From an uncultured Acidimicrobiaceae bacterium (lineage in GTDB: Bacteria > Actinomycetota > Acidimicrobiia > Acidimicrobiales > RAAP-2), in the NCBI GenBank assembly GCA_963829235.1, contig CAWHIF010000007.1, forward strand, positions 67,723-131,722: a stretch of 64,000 nt of DNA. Direction: 5' to 3'. The translations under genes and the position numbers were made by a program. The notes below the pieces were generated by a model that was given only the letters and a program-made list of their open reading frames with translations, had not been told where the DNA came from and searched no databases. This document shows positions 44,316 through 53,932 of this stretch, in pieces (position 1 is the stretch's first letter; every line of letters starts with the position of its first letter).

Positions 44316-44810
44316 ATGGTGAGAATCGTGAGTGGTAATCAAGAGTGGGCCTCTGCACCCCTGAAGACGCGATCCCTGGTGTGGCGGTGGATATTCCTTG
44401 CAACAGGTGCACTGTGGTCACTGGGGTTTGCCGCTTTCATCTTCAGCTACCACATCGATGAACCGCACGGGGTGCTCACGATTACGACTGGTGACCGCAC
44501 CTTCGCTGGCAACCCGCCCGCGTTGACCCTGTACGAACGGGGTGGAGTGGTTTGGGAGATTACACTCTTCATCGTTGGATTCGTGATCGTGTGCGGAACC
44601 GCCGATCTTCTTCATCGCACCGTCCGCCGCCAGACCGGGCCAGGGCTCGTTGCCATCGTTGCGGGCGGGCTCCTCGTTGCCTACTCCCTGTTCGGGCTTC
44701 TCTATGGCCTGCTCGGGGTTGGAACCATCGGCGCATTGGTGATCCTCACGGGGCTACCGATGAGGAAGAGCCAGACAGAGGCTGAACCTTTACCAATCAG
44801 CATCACCTAG
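44316..44810 (+). CDS. hypothetical membrane protein
   Basis: It has four hydrophobic helices (e.g. WIFLATGALWSLGFAAFIF; LVAIVAGGLLVAYSLFGLLYGLLGVGTIGALVILTGL). G+C is visibly lower than in the neighbours. I recognise no family. Confidence 0.6.
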   Translation: MVRIVSGNQEWASAPLKTRSLVWRWIFLATGALWSLGFAAFIFSYHIDEPHGVLTITTGDRTFAGNPPALTLYERGGVVWEITLFIVGFVIVCGTADLLHRTVRRQTGPGLVAIVAGGLLVAYSLFGLLYGLLGVGTIGALVILTGLPMRKSQTEAEPLPISIT

Positions 44811-44879
44811 CGGCTGGTTGCAGATTTGGTGATCTGATCGATACATCGCCGGCGTGCCCGTCGACGGTACTGTTGCGAA

Positions 44880-45428
<549 letters not shown>

Positions 45429-45515
45429 CGCCCGGGCTCGCCAGCCCGGTGCGTGGCTCCTACGCGGCCCACCGAATCGGTTCCCTCGGCGGCGGCCCGT
45501 CTTGTCCGCTACGGG

Positions 45516-45995
45516 TCAGTCGGAATCCCCCGCAAGCAGTCGTTCGGACAGCAGTTCCAGTGCCTGGCGTGCGTAGCCACGCCACATCGAGGTGATCGGG
45601 CGCATGACGTATGCACCAAGGCTCTTTGGATGTAGGGCCCATCGCCAGGTGATCAACGTGCCTGTGCCCCGCGTAGTGAACTCCCAGCGTCCGTCGATAG
45701 TGTCGACCAGTGGCCCCATCGGGCCGGAGATGTCGCTCAGGAGATAGCTGAACGAGTGCGGGGCATCGACTTCCGTCAGTAGCTCACGCATCGTGCCGCC
45801 ATCAGTGGTGACGACAGTGCGCGACTGCCCCACCTGACCCCAGGCCCCGTCCTGCCCGCGGACCTCTTTGACGGGAGGCAGGAGGCCGTAGCGCCTGGAG
45901 AAGACCGCGGTCAGCGGCATAGGAAGCGTGCCGTGGAAGGCTCGTTCGAGTTCGATCGGAATCGCACGCGACTGTTCGACGATGGTCGTGTCCAT
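45516..45995 (-). CDS. SRPBCC family protein
   Basis: The 159-aa product contains ...ELLTEVDAPHSFSYLLSDISGPMGPLVDTIDGRWEFT..GTGTLITWRWALHP..., a START/Bet v1-like pattern. Confidence 0.75.
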   Translation of the reverse strand: MDTTIVEQSRAIPIELERAFHGTLPMPLTAVFSRRYGLLPPVKEVRGQDGAWGQVGQSRTVVTTDGGTMRELLTEVDAPHSFSYLLSDISGPMGPLVDTIDGRWEFTTRGTGTLITWRWALHPKSLGAYVMRPITSMWRGYARQALELLSERLLAGDSD

Positions 45996-46058
45996 GACGC
46001 GAGGCTAGCGTCGAGAATCGGTGGTGGATCAGCGATCGTCTCTGAACGAGAGAGGCGG

Positions 46059-48115
46059 CTACCAGAGCCCACGAAGCCCAACGTCGACGGCCTTGCTGAC
46101 CGGCAGTGTCGCGGCCGGCATGGGATGATCGACACGGCTACGTACTGCCCGCAACTCCATGAGGCCGTCGAGCTCCCGAGGAAGAAAGCGGGTCCGTTGG
46201 GCATAGCTGTGCTTGTCGGTCCACCCGGCCGGATCGCCGTGGTGATAGCGCAGCGGCGCGTAGATGTGCAGATTGCTGCGAGCCCGGGTCAGAGCCACAT
46301 AGAACAGTCGTCGCTCCTCATCGACGCCCTCCGCGGTGCCCGTCGCCATGTCGGAAGGAAACGCACCGTCGGCGGCATGGATGAGGTGCACGACGTCCCA
46401 TTCGCCCCCCTTCGCCGAGTGCACCGTCGAAAGTGTGAGCCAGTCGTCGTCCAACGAAGGCTTCCCGGCGAGATCGCCTGTCGAGCTGGGCGGATCAAGG
46501 GTCAGATCGGCGAGAAAGGTGTCAAGGTCGGGATAATCGGCCGCCAACCCGGCCAGGGCGTCGAAATCGGCCAGGCGGGGCTCGGGATGATCATAGATTC
46601 GCCTAATCATTGGCTCGAGAACGCCGCAGAGGAGCTCCACCCGGGCCCCCAGAGGCAGACTCTGGTCGCGGCAACCAGCCAGTCCATCGGCGATCCCCCG
46701 GAGCTCGATGCCCGAACGGTGGTCCGGCCGATCGACCGTAGGATCGGAACAGAACCTGTCCAGTGGATTCGGTACGGCAAAGCCCATGTCCCGCACTCCG
46801 AGCTCTTGCATCATCCGGCTCGCCGACTTCGGGCCGACTCCGTCCGCCAGCTGGAGCACCCGCAGCCAGGCCAACTCGTCCCACGGGTTCTCCACCAGTC
46901 GCAGCCCAGCGAGTAGATCGCGAATGTGCGCGGCCTCGAGGAATCTGAGTCCCCCGTACTTGACGAAGGGTACGCCCCGCCGGCCAAGCTCGACCTCGAG
47001 AAGGTCGCTGTGGTGCGAGGTCCGGAACAGCACGACTTGGTCCTTCAGCGCCTTGCCCGCCTCGTGATGCTCGAGGATCGTTGTGCAAACCGCCTCCGCC
47101 TGACACTGCTGGTCTTCACATGTGGCCAGGACGGGGCGCGCTCCCCACCCTGGTCGGTCCACAGCGCCTTCCCATAGCCCTCGGAGGCATCGGCGATCAC
47201 GGCATTCGCCAGTGCAAGGATGGGCGCGGTGGACCGGTAGTTGTGCTCCAACGTGACGGTCGTAGAACCGGAGAAGTGTTCCGGAAAGTCCAGGATGTTG
47301 CGGACCGAGGCCGCCCGAAACGAGTAGATCGCCTGAGCGTCGTCCCCGACGACGGTAAGCCGGGCGTCCAGCGGGCGGAGTGCCCGCAGGATGTCGGCTT
47401 GAACAATGCTGGTGTCCTGGTATTCGTCAACAAGGACGTGGTCGAACATCGAGGCCAGGACGGGGCCGACGTTCGGGTCCTTGGCCGCGGCTCGCCAGAA
47501 AAGCAGAAGGTCGTCGAAATCCAGCAGCTGCTGGGCCCGTTTCCGTTCGGTATAGGCCGTAAAGATCGACTTGAGCCCATCGATATCCTCTGCACACCAC
47601 GGGAAGTCACGGGCGACCGTCTCCTCCACACCCACCTGAGAGCTGACCACCCTTGCGTACACTGTGGCCACGGTCGAGGCCTTCGGGAATCGGCGGCGCC
47701 GATCCGCGGCTATCGGCGTTCGGAGGAGGGCGAACAGGTCGACCACGTCCCCCTGGTCCATGACCGTGAACCCTTCGGGTAGGTCGAGCGCCGAGCTGTA
47801 GCGACGCAGGATCCGATGGGCGACGGAGTGAAAGGTTCCCGCTTCGACGCGCTTGGCAATCCTCGGATCCACCAGCCGACAGGACCGTCTGATGAGCTCG
47901 GAGGCTGCCCGACGGCTGAAGGTGACGAGCAGTACCCGCTCGGGAGGCGTCCCGTCCTGGAGCAGGCGGGCCAGCCGGCTCACCAGGGTCCGGGTCTTGC
48001 CGGTACCTGCACCGGCGATGATGCGGAGCGGGCCTCCGTCATGGTCCACGGCTCTCCGCTGCTCGGCATTCAGTCCGAGGGCCCATCCTGGTGCTGACTC
48101 GAGTGACGCGACCAC
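46059..48115 (-). pseudogene. UvrD/PcrA/Rep-type superfamily 1 helicase split by one frameshift
   Basis: The N-terminal ORF 47045..48115 has LNAEQRRAVDH, AGAGTGKTRTL (Walker A), VDEYQDTS and GDDAQAIYSFRAA. The C-terminal ORF 46059..47162 has AVLFRTSHHSD, TVHSAKGGEWDVVHL and RRLFYVALTRAR. The frames meet near the G4 run at 47133-36 (KALWTDQGGER / PVLATCED). Confidence 0.85.
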
Positions 48116-48413
48116 TGCGCCAGGCTAATCCAGATGACGAACACCTGTTCGCATACCCGGAACCCGGACCCCATCCGGAGAAGGCCTCGACCGAGGCGTT
48201 GGCCATCAGGTGGCGTGGCCCAAGACCCGCCAGCCGGAACAGAGGTTGCCTGTCAGTGCGACATCGCGCTGACCGTGTCGACCAAGGGCTGAAGGGATCC
48301 TCGTACGTCATCCACCCACGTCAGGAAGGTCAGATGATCATGCAAAGTGGATGTCGTAGCGTCGGCTGGCATCCCGTCGAAGAAGTCCAAGGTGCCGAGC
48401 CGGTCGCCGCAGG

Positions 48414-49001
48414 CTAGCCGTCGTCAAGAAGTCTTGTGACCAAGTCCACCAAATGCTCTTTGGGCACAGCCACTAGTTCATCGAACCATCCCAAGGACCG
48501 CCCGAGACTGATGCCGATAAGGGCCGAGACGACGATTTCAGATCGAAGGCGCGCCTCGTCGGCCGCGCCGCGGGTCAATTCGGCGGTCATCGGATCCACC
48601 ATGCGTCGCATCATGTGAGTGCGCGCCGCTTGGTGGACAGGGTCTGCCGTGTCGGTGCGAATCAGGGCTTGCATCCCAGGTCCGAGTCCGTGACTGTCCA
48701 TGCGAGCCACCATGCCCTCGGCCATGTCTCTCAGGCCCCCGAAGTCCGGCGGCGACTGATCGCCTTGGACTTCGGCTACAAGAACGGCGATGGAGAGATC
48801 GGCCTTGCTTCCGTAGTATCGAGCGATGAGGGCATGATCGACGCCAGCCCGTTCGCCGATCTCGCGGATGGTCGTGCCGTCGAAGCCATGCTGACCGAAC
48901 AGTTCCTGGGCCGCATCCAAAAGTGCCTGTTTGGTAGCTCCGGCGTTCCTCGGCCGGACCGTCCCCGATCGTGCGGGCCGTTGAGAGTGAGAAGTCGTCA
49001 T
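48414..49001 (-). CDS. TetR-family transcriptional regulator
   Basis: The HTH region reads TKQALLDAAQELFGQHGFDGTTIREIGERAGVDHALIARYYGSKADL. Its ATG overlaps the stop of the upstream MFS gene (ATGA at 48998-49001). Confidence 0.9.
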   Translation of the reverse strand: MTTSHSQRPARSGTVRPRNAGATKQALLDAAQELFGQHGFDGTTIREIGERAGVDHALIARYYGSKADLSIAVLVAEVQGDQSPPDFGGLRDMAEGMVARMDSHGLGPGMQALIRTDTADPVHQAARTHMMRRMVDPMTAELTRGAADEARLRSEIVVSALIGISLGRSLGWFDELVAVPKEHLVDLVTRLLDDG

Positions 49002-50558
49002 GTGCCGGAGCCGGTGGTTTCAGAGCCGAGCGGGTCGTCGGCAAGCATCAGGCCGACACCCCCGACTTCGGCCTCATCTTCCATCATCTCCTCGACGTCC
49101 TCGGACAGAGTTGACAATCCCCGGGCCGACGTTCCAGGAAGGAGGTAGCTGAGCACAGCAGTGAGGAGGCAGAGCGCAGTGGCGATGATCAATGTGACCC
49201 GAAAGCCCTGATAGCTGGGATACGTCTTTCCAGGTGCGGTGTAGGTGATGAGCACGGCGGCAGCGAGGGCGCTGCCGAGTGAAAGCCCAATGCTGCGCAG
49301 AACCTGGTAGAGGCCCATGGCGCTTCCGGTCTCCGATGGCGGAACGGCACGGACAACGAATCCTGGCATTGCGGCAAAGGTGAAGCCGATCCCGATGCCC
49401 GCTATCCCCGAGGCCACAAACGCCTCCCACGGGGCTCGGTGTTCGATGGTGAAGAACAGGGTGGACACCGCGAACATCAGAGAACCGAAGGGAATCATGC
49501 TTCTGACCCCGAAGCGTTTCGTGTACGCCGTTAGGCAGCGGCTGGCCACGAATGAGCCGACGGACAAGGGGACAAAGACCAGTCCCGATACGAGGATGGA
49601 AGCGCCGAAGCCGTAGCCACTGGCCACCGGGATCTGTACGAACTCGATGATGATGGGAAGGAACAGGTACATGGCGACTGCGATCAGGAACGCGGAGGCG
49701 TCGGCGGTGAGAACGGAGCGGTTCCGCACCTGCCGGACGTCGATAAGTGGATCGGTGACGTTGAGTTCGTGCACGATCCATAGACCCACCATGACCAGGC
49801 TGAGGACGAAGAGGACGACCGACCGCACTGACGTCCACCCCCAACCGCCTCCCTCGCTCAACACAACAGACACGCCGACCACCGCTGCGCCGAGGCTGGC
49901 CATTCCCAGGCGGTCGAAGCGTCGAGTGCGGCCGTCTGATCGATTGGGAAGGACGACTACGACCAATATGAGCGCCGCAGCGACGGTGATGGCGCCAAAC
50001 CAGAAAGCTGCCCGAAAGTCGAAGAGCTGAGCGATGAACGACGTGATTGGATAGCCGAGACCGGCCCCGACCGCCGCGCTGACGGAGAGCGTGGCGATTG
50101 CGGCGCCCGCCTCATCGGGGGAGAATTCGACTCCGGGCAATCGCCATCGTCACCGGTAGCAACCCGAGGCCCACCCCTTGCAGACCCCGCCCGAGGATCA
50201 GCACGACGAAACCGGTCGACACAGCCGAGAGCACACACCCCGCGAGCACCACGGTCAGAGCGACCTCGATGACCCTTCGCTTGCGAGGGCCGTCTGCCAG
50301 ACGGCCCATGGCTGGAGTGGCCAGGGCTCCCGTCATCAGCGCGGCCGTGAGTACCCACTCGGCCGCGCTCAGGGAGACGTGGTCGGACCGAGCGATCGAC
50401 GGGATGAGTGGGGCACCCAGGCTGGAGACGATCGCCACCAGGGCAGCCACGGTGACCAGGACGGGCAAGGTACCCCGCTGCCGCCACGTTGGGCGTTCGG
50501 GTTCAAATGATTGAAGTGAGTTCGCGGTCACATCTCCGCACCATTCCGCACAAGTCAC
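48998..50558 (-). pseudogene. MFS drug-efflux-type transporter split by one frameshift
   Basis: The N-terminal ORF 50112..50558 (...GRLADGPRKRRVIEVAL...LGRGLQGVGLGLLPVTMAIARS) and the C-terminal ORF 48998..50140 (..PDEAGAAIATLSVSAAVGAGLG...) together make one transporter. Removing one G from the G5 run at 50117-21 would restore AIARSRILPDEAGAA. Confidence 0.8.
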
Positions 50559-50656
50559 CGCTTGGTGACTTCTCGTTCCACCGTATCAGCATCATCTTCG
50601 AGGTCCTGACGCGCCGAGCGCCGCTTCCGAGTGCCGGTGGTCTGGGGCGGTCGGTT

Positions 50657-50702
50657 GTGTCAGTTTAGGTTGACACCTTAGGGATGTCAGTCTATACTGA
50701 CA
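50657..50702 (+). promoter_or_regulatory. consensus sigma-70-type promoter with overlapping palindromes (putative operator); leaderless transcript predicted
   Basis: TTGACA lies at 50670-75, followed by a 17-nt spacer and TATACT at 50693-98. ATG 50706 follows 7 nt later with no RBS. The perfect palindrome TGTCAGT-ctat-ACTGACA (50685-50702) overlaps the -10 element. GTGTCA (50657-62) pairs with TGACAC (50671-76) across the -35 element. TGTCAGT also occurs at 50658-64. Confidence 0.6.
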
Positions 50703-50705
50703 GGC

Positions 50706-50918
50706 ATGGACATCGAAAAACTCAGCGGGGATCTCTCGTCGGATGACCCGGCAATTGGCCTTCGCGCCTCGTTGGCGCTCCATCGCCTGGCTGAGAGGGT
50801 CGAAGCGAACCACGTCGCGTCGGCCCGGGAAAAGGGCTGGTCGTGGCAGCAGATCGGAGATGCGTTGGGCGTCACCCGCCAATCCGTGCACACCAAATAC
50901 AACAAGGAGTCATCATGA
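50706..50918 (+). CDS. small helix-turn-helix protein
   Basis: The 70-aa product ends with REKGWSWQQIGDALGVTRQSVHTKY (HTH). It shares an ATGA overlap with the next gene. Confidence 0.75.
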   Translation: MDIEKLSGDLSSDDPAIGLRASLALHRLAERVEANHVASAREKGWSWQQIGDALGVTRQSVHTKYNKESS

Positions 50919-51427
50919 CCACCGAATCCGCTGTGCCAGAGGTGCTTCACCCCTGGGCCATCTATGTGCGGGCCAGTGAGGAGGCTCGTCGCCGAGGTGA
51001 TCGCCGAACGGGCACCGATCACGTCTTGCTCGCCTTGTTCGAGGATGCCTCGATCGAAGCCGCGTTGGGCGTGAGCCTGCAGCAAGCTCGCCAGGCCCTT
51101 GAGTCGCTCGATCAGGAAGCGCTGGGCGCTCTGGGCCTGGGGTCCGGCGCCGACGCTCCCCCACTGCCGATGCGCGCCGTGCCGAAGAAGCCGAGGTTCA
51201 GAGACGTCGTGCAAAAGGATCGCCTCCGCATGACGCCCGCGGCAAAGAAGCTGCTCGAGGAAGCGGTCAAGCCCAACCGGCGGAAGGGCCGGGTCACGGG
51301 GCAGCAGGTGCTGGCCCAGATCCTCACCCTCCAACCACCGGATCCGGCGGCGGTGCTGCTGGGCGCTCTCGGTGTGGACGCGTCAGAGGTTCGGCGCCGA
51401 TTGGATGCGGTCACGCCCGACAGCTGA
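50915..51427 (+). CDS. Clp N-terminal (Clp_N repeat) domain-only protein
   Basis: GTDHVLLALFED, then a second repeat with TGQQVLAQILT...AAVLLGALGVDASEVRRRL, fits the Clp_N double repeat. There is no AAA+ module. Confidence 0.75.
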   Translation: MTTESAVPEVLHPWAIYVRASEEARRRGDRRTGTDHVLLALFEDASIEAALGVSLQQARQALESLDQEALGALGLGSGADAPPLPMRAVPKKPRFRDVVQKDRLRMTPAAKKLLEEAVKPNRRKGRVTGQQVLAQILTLQPPDPAAVLLGALGVDASEVRRRLDAVTPDS

Positions 51428-51703
51428 GCTCCCGGCGACGTTCGCGACTTCGAGCGAACGGGTTCGGATCGGTCCGTTCCCCGGCTGGGCTCGGGCGCGA
51501 GTACCAGGCCCCGCGCACCGCTCCTTCGAGGGCGGACGCTCACGGAGGCGTTCGTCAACTCGTGGTGGAGCGTCCGCCCTGGCATCGCCGTGGCGCGTGA
51601 CGGTACGGACGAGCGCCGGCGTCGGACCGGCCTCTCCATCGAGTGGCCTGCGTCGCCCGTGACCACTACCGTTTGGCCTCCTATCCAGTGCCCAGGAGGA
51701 ACG

Positions 51704-52687
51704 TTGACCCAGAGCAGAGCAGGGACACCGGGACCTGTGGAGTTCTACGCAGAGGTATTCGACGCGGTCACGACCAACGTCGCTCGAGTGCTCGAGGGCA
51801 AGGACGAACCGGTCCGATTGACCCTGATGTGCATGGCTGCAGGCGGACACGTCCTCCTCGAGGATGTCCCCGGCGTCGGCAAGACGACTCTGGCCAAGGC
51901 CCTGGCCCATTCGCTCGGTCTCGAGTGGCACCGGATCCAGTTCACGCCCGATCTGCTCCCCTCCGATGTCACCGGTGTCAACATCTTCGAGCGCGAGCAG
52001 GGCAGCTTCCGGTTTCGGCCTGGGGGCGTGTTCGCCAACATCCTTCTCGGCGACGAGATCAACCGGGCCTCCCCGAAGACTCAGGCCGCGCTGCTCGAGG
52101 CCATGCAGGAAGGGCAGGTCACCGTGGACAGCACGTCCCATGCCCTTCCTGTGCCCTTTCTGGTCATCGCCACGCAGAATCCGGTCGAGCATGCGGGCAC
52201 GTACCCGCTCCCCGAGGCCCAACTCGATCGATTCCTGCTGCGTATCGGCATCGGATACCCCGCACACGATGCCGAAGTCGCCATGTTGGCCCGTCACGGA
52301 ACGGGTCCGGACGTCGACCATCTACCGGCCGTCGTAGAGCCCACCGCGGTGCCCGCGCTCATGCGGGTGACCTCGCAGATCCACGTGGCCGACGCCATCA
52401 AGCACTACATCGTCCGCCTGGCGGAGGCGACCCGCACCCATCCGTCGCTGGTGCTCGGCATGTCCCCACGCGCCGCACTGGCCCTCCAGCAGGTGGCCCG
52501 GGCGCGGGCTGCCTCCCTCGGCCGGACATACGTGATCCCCGACGATGTCAAGGCACTTGGTGAACCCGTGCTCGGCCACCGACTCAAGCTGACACCGGCG
52601 GCAAGAGCAGCAGGTACAACCGTGTCCAACGCGATTGCCGACGTCTTCCATTCGGTGCCGACCCCGACAGGTGACGGGTTTCGGTGA
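51704..52687 (+). CDS. MoxR-family AAA+ ATPase
   Basis: TTG 51704 follows AGGAGGA. Motifs are Walker A LLEDVPGVGKTTLAKALA, RIQFTPDLLPSDVTG, Walker B ILLGDEINRASPKTQAALLEAMQE and VIATQNPVEHAGTYPLPEAQLDRF. Confidence 0.93.
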   Translation: MTQSRAGTPGPVEFYAEVFDAVTTNVARVLEGKDEPVRLTLMCMAAGGHVLLEDVPGVGKTTLAKALAHSLGLEWHRIQFTPDLLPSDVTGVNIFEREQGSFRFRPGGVFANILLGDEINRASPKTQAALLEAMQEGQVTVDSTSHALPVPFLVIATQNPVEHAGTYPLPEAQLDRFLLRIGIGYPAHDAEVAMLARHGTGPDVDHLPAVVEPTAVPALMRVTSQIHVADAIKHYIVRLAEATRTHPSLVLGMSPRAALALQQVARARAASLGRTYVIPDDVKALGEPVLGHRLKLTPAARAAGTTVSNAIADVFHSVPTPTGDGFR

Positions 52688-53928
52688 TCAAGACGTGGAC
52701 CGCCCGGCGAATGCCCCGCGCATTGCCCGTCCCGACGCGACGAGGCTGGGCGGTGGGGGTCGCGCTGGCGCTTCTCGGTGCCGTTGGTCTTGCCCGGTCC
52801 AACGAGCTCCTTGCCCTTTCCGGGGCGGCGGGAGCGTTGCTGCTCTACTCGACCCTGTGGGTGTGGAGACGCTCTCCTTCCCTGGATGTGCAGATCCAGG
52901 CGTCGCCCCGACGAATGTCGGCCGGATCCCGAGGAACAGTCTCTGTCGTCATACGCAATACCGAGCGGCGCCGCTCACCCATCATGACGGTCAGACGGTC
53001 GGTCCCTGCCCTCGTCACAGGTGACCACCCGGGGCCGGTTCTCACCGTGCCATCGATGGCTCCGGGGCAGTCACGATGGTCCGAGGCGTCACTCCGCTGG
53101 GGCAAGCGGGGTGTGTTCGACCTCGGCCCGGCACTCGTCGACGTGAGCGACCCGTTCGGCATGATGCACAAGATGCGTATGTCAACCCAACAAGATCAGG
53201 TGGTGGTCGTTCCGCTCGTCGTGCCACTCTCGGCGCTCCCTCCGCCGTTCGGTCCGGCAGCACCAGAGGCGGACGAGCTCACCCAGATCGGCTTCGACGG
53301 AGACGAGTTCCACGCCATCCGTGACTACGAGCCGGGTGACGACCTCCGGAAGGTCCACTGGGCGCTGACCGCACGGACCGGGTCCCTGATGATCCGCGAG
53401 GACCATCCCTCGGCCAGGGCCCGGCTCACTGTGCTCCTCGACCTGCGACTCGGCGAAAGGAGCGAACCCGCCTTCGAGCTCGCGTGCTCGGTCGCCGCCA
53501 GCGTCGCAGTCGCTGCTGTCTCCGAAGGTCGTTCGGTGCGTCTGGTCACCTCGGACGGTGTGCCCACGGACTTCGGCTACACGCAGGAACACGCCGACGA
53601 ACTGCTCGACCTACTGGCAAGGGTCGAACCCCGTGCGGGTGGAGGGATCGTCGATCGGCCCGGGGACCTGGCGACCTCCCACGCCGACGGCAGCCTGGTG
53701 GTGGTGAGTGCGGCGGCGGTCACGTCGACAGACGTCATCATCCTGGCACCGCTGGCCCCCCCCGAGTCGGTGACCTTGGTCGCAATCGACCCCACGCCCG
53801 GACGTCAAACAGGGAACCTCGGCACGCAGTCCCCTGGTCCTCCAGAGCCCTCGTTGCCCTTCGTCGTGATCGACATTGTCGACAGCCAGACCTTTCAAGC
53901 GGTCTGGAATACCGCCTTCGCCCCCTGA
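52684..53928 (+). CDS. DUF58 domain protein (MoxR-associated, vWA-like)
   Basis: It shares a GTGA overlap with the MoxR gene. It has two N-terminal TM helices and the hallmark EFHAIRDYEPGDDLRKVHWALTARTGSLMIRE. Confidence 0.85.
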   Translation: MIKTWTARRMPRALPVPTRRGWAVGVALALLGAVGLARSNELLALSGAAGALLLYSTLWVWRRSPSLDVQIQASPRRMSAGSRGTVSVVIRNTERRRSPIMTVRRSVPALVTGDHPGPVLTVPSMAPGQSRWSEASLRWGKRGVFDLGPALVDVSDPFGMMHKMRMSTQQDQVVVVPLVVPLSALPPPFGPAAPEADELTQIGFDGDEFHAIRDYEPGDDLRKVHWALTARTGSLMIREDHPSARARLTVLLDLRLGERSEPAFELACSVAASVAVAAVSEGRSVRLVTSDGVPTDFGYTQEHADELLDLLARVEPRAGGGIVDRPGDLATSHADGSLVVVSAAAVTSTDVIILAPLAPPESVTLVAIDPTPGRQTGNLGTQSPGPPEPSLPFVVIDIVDSQTFQAVWNTAFAP

Positions 53929-53932
53929 GTCG

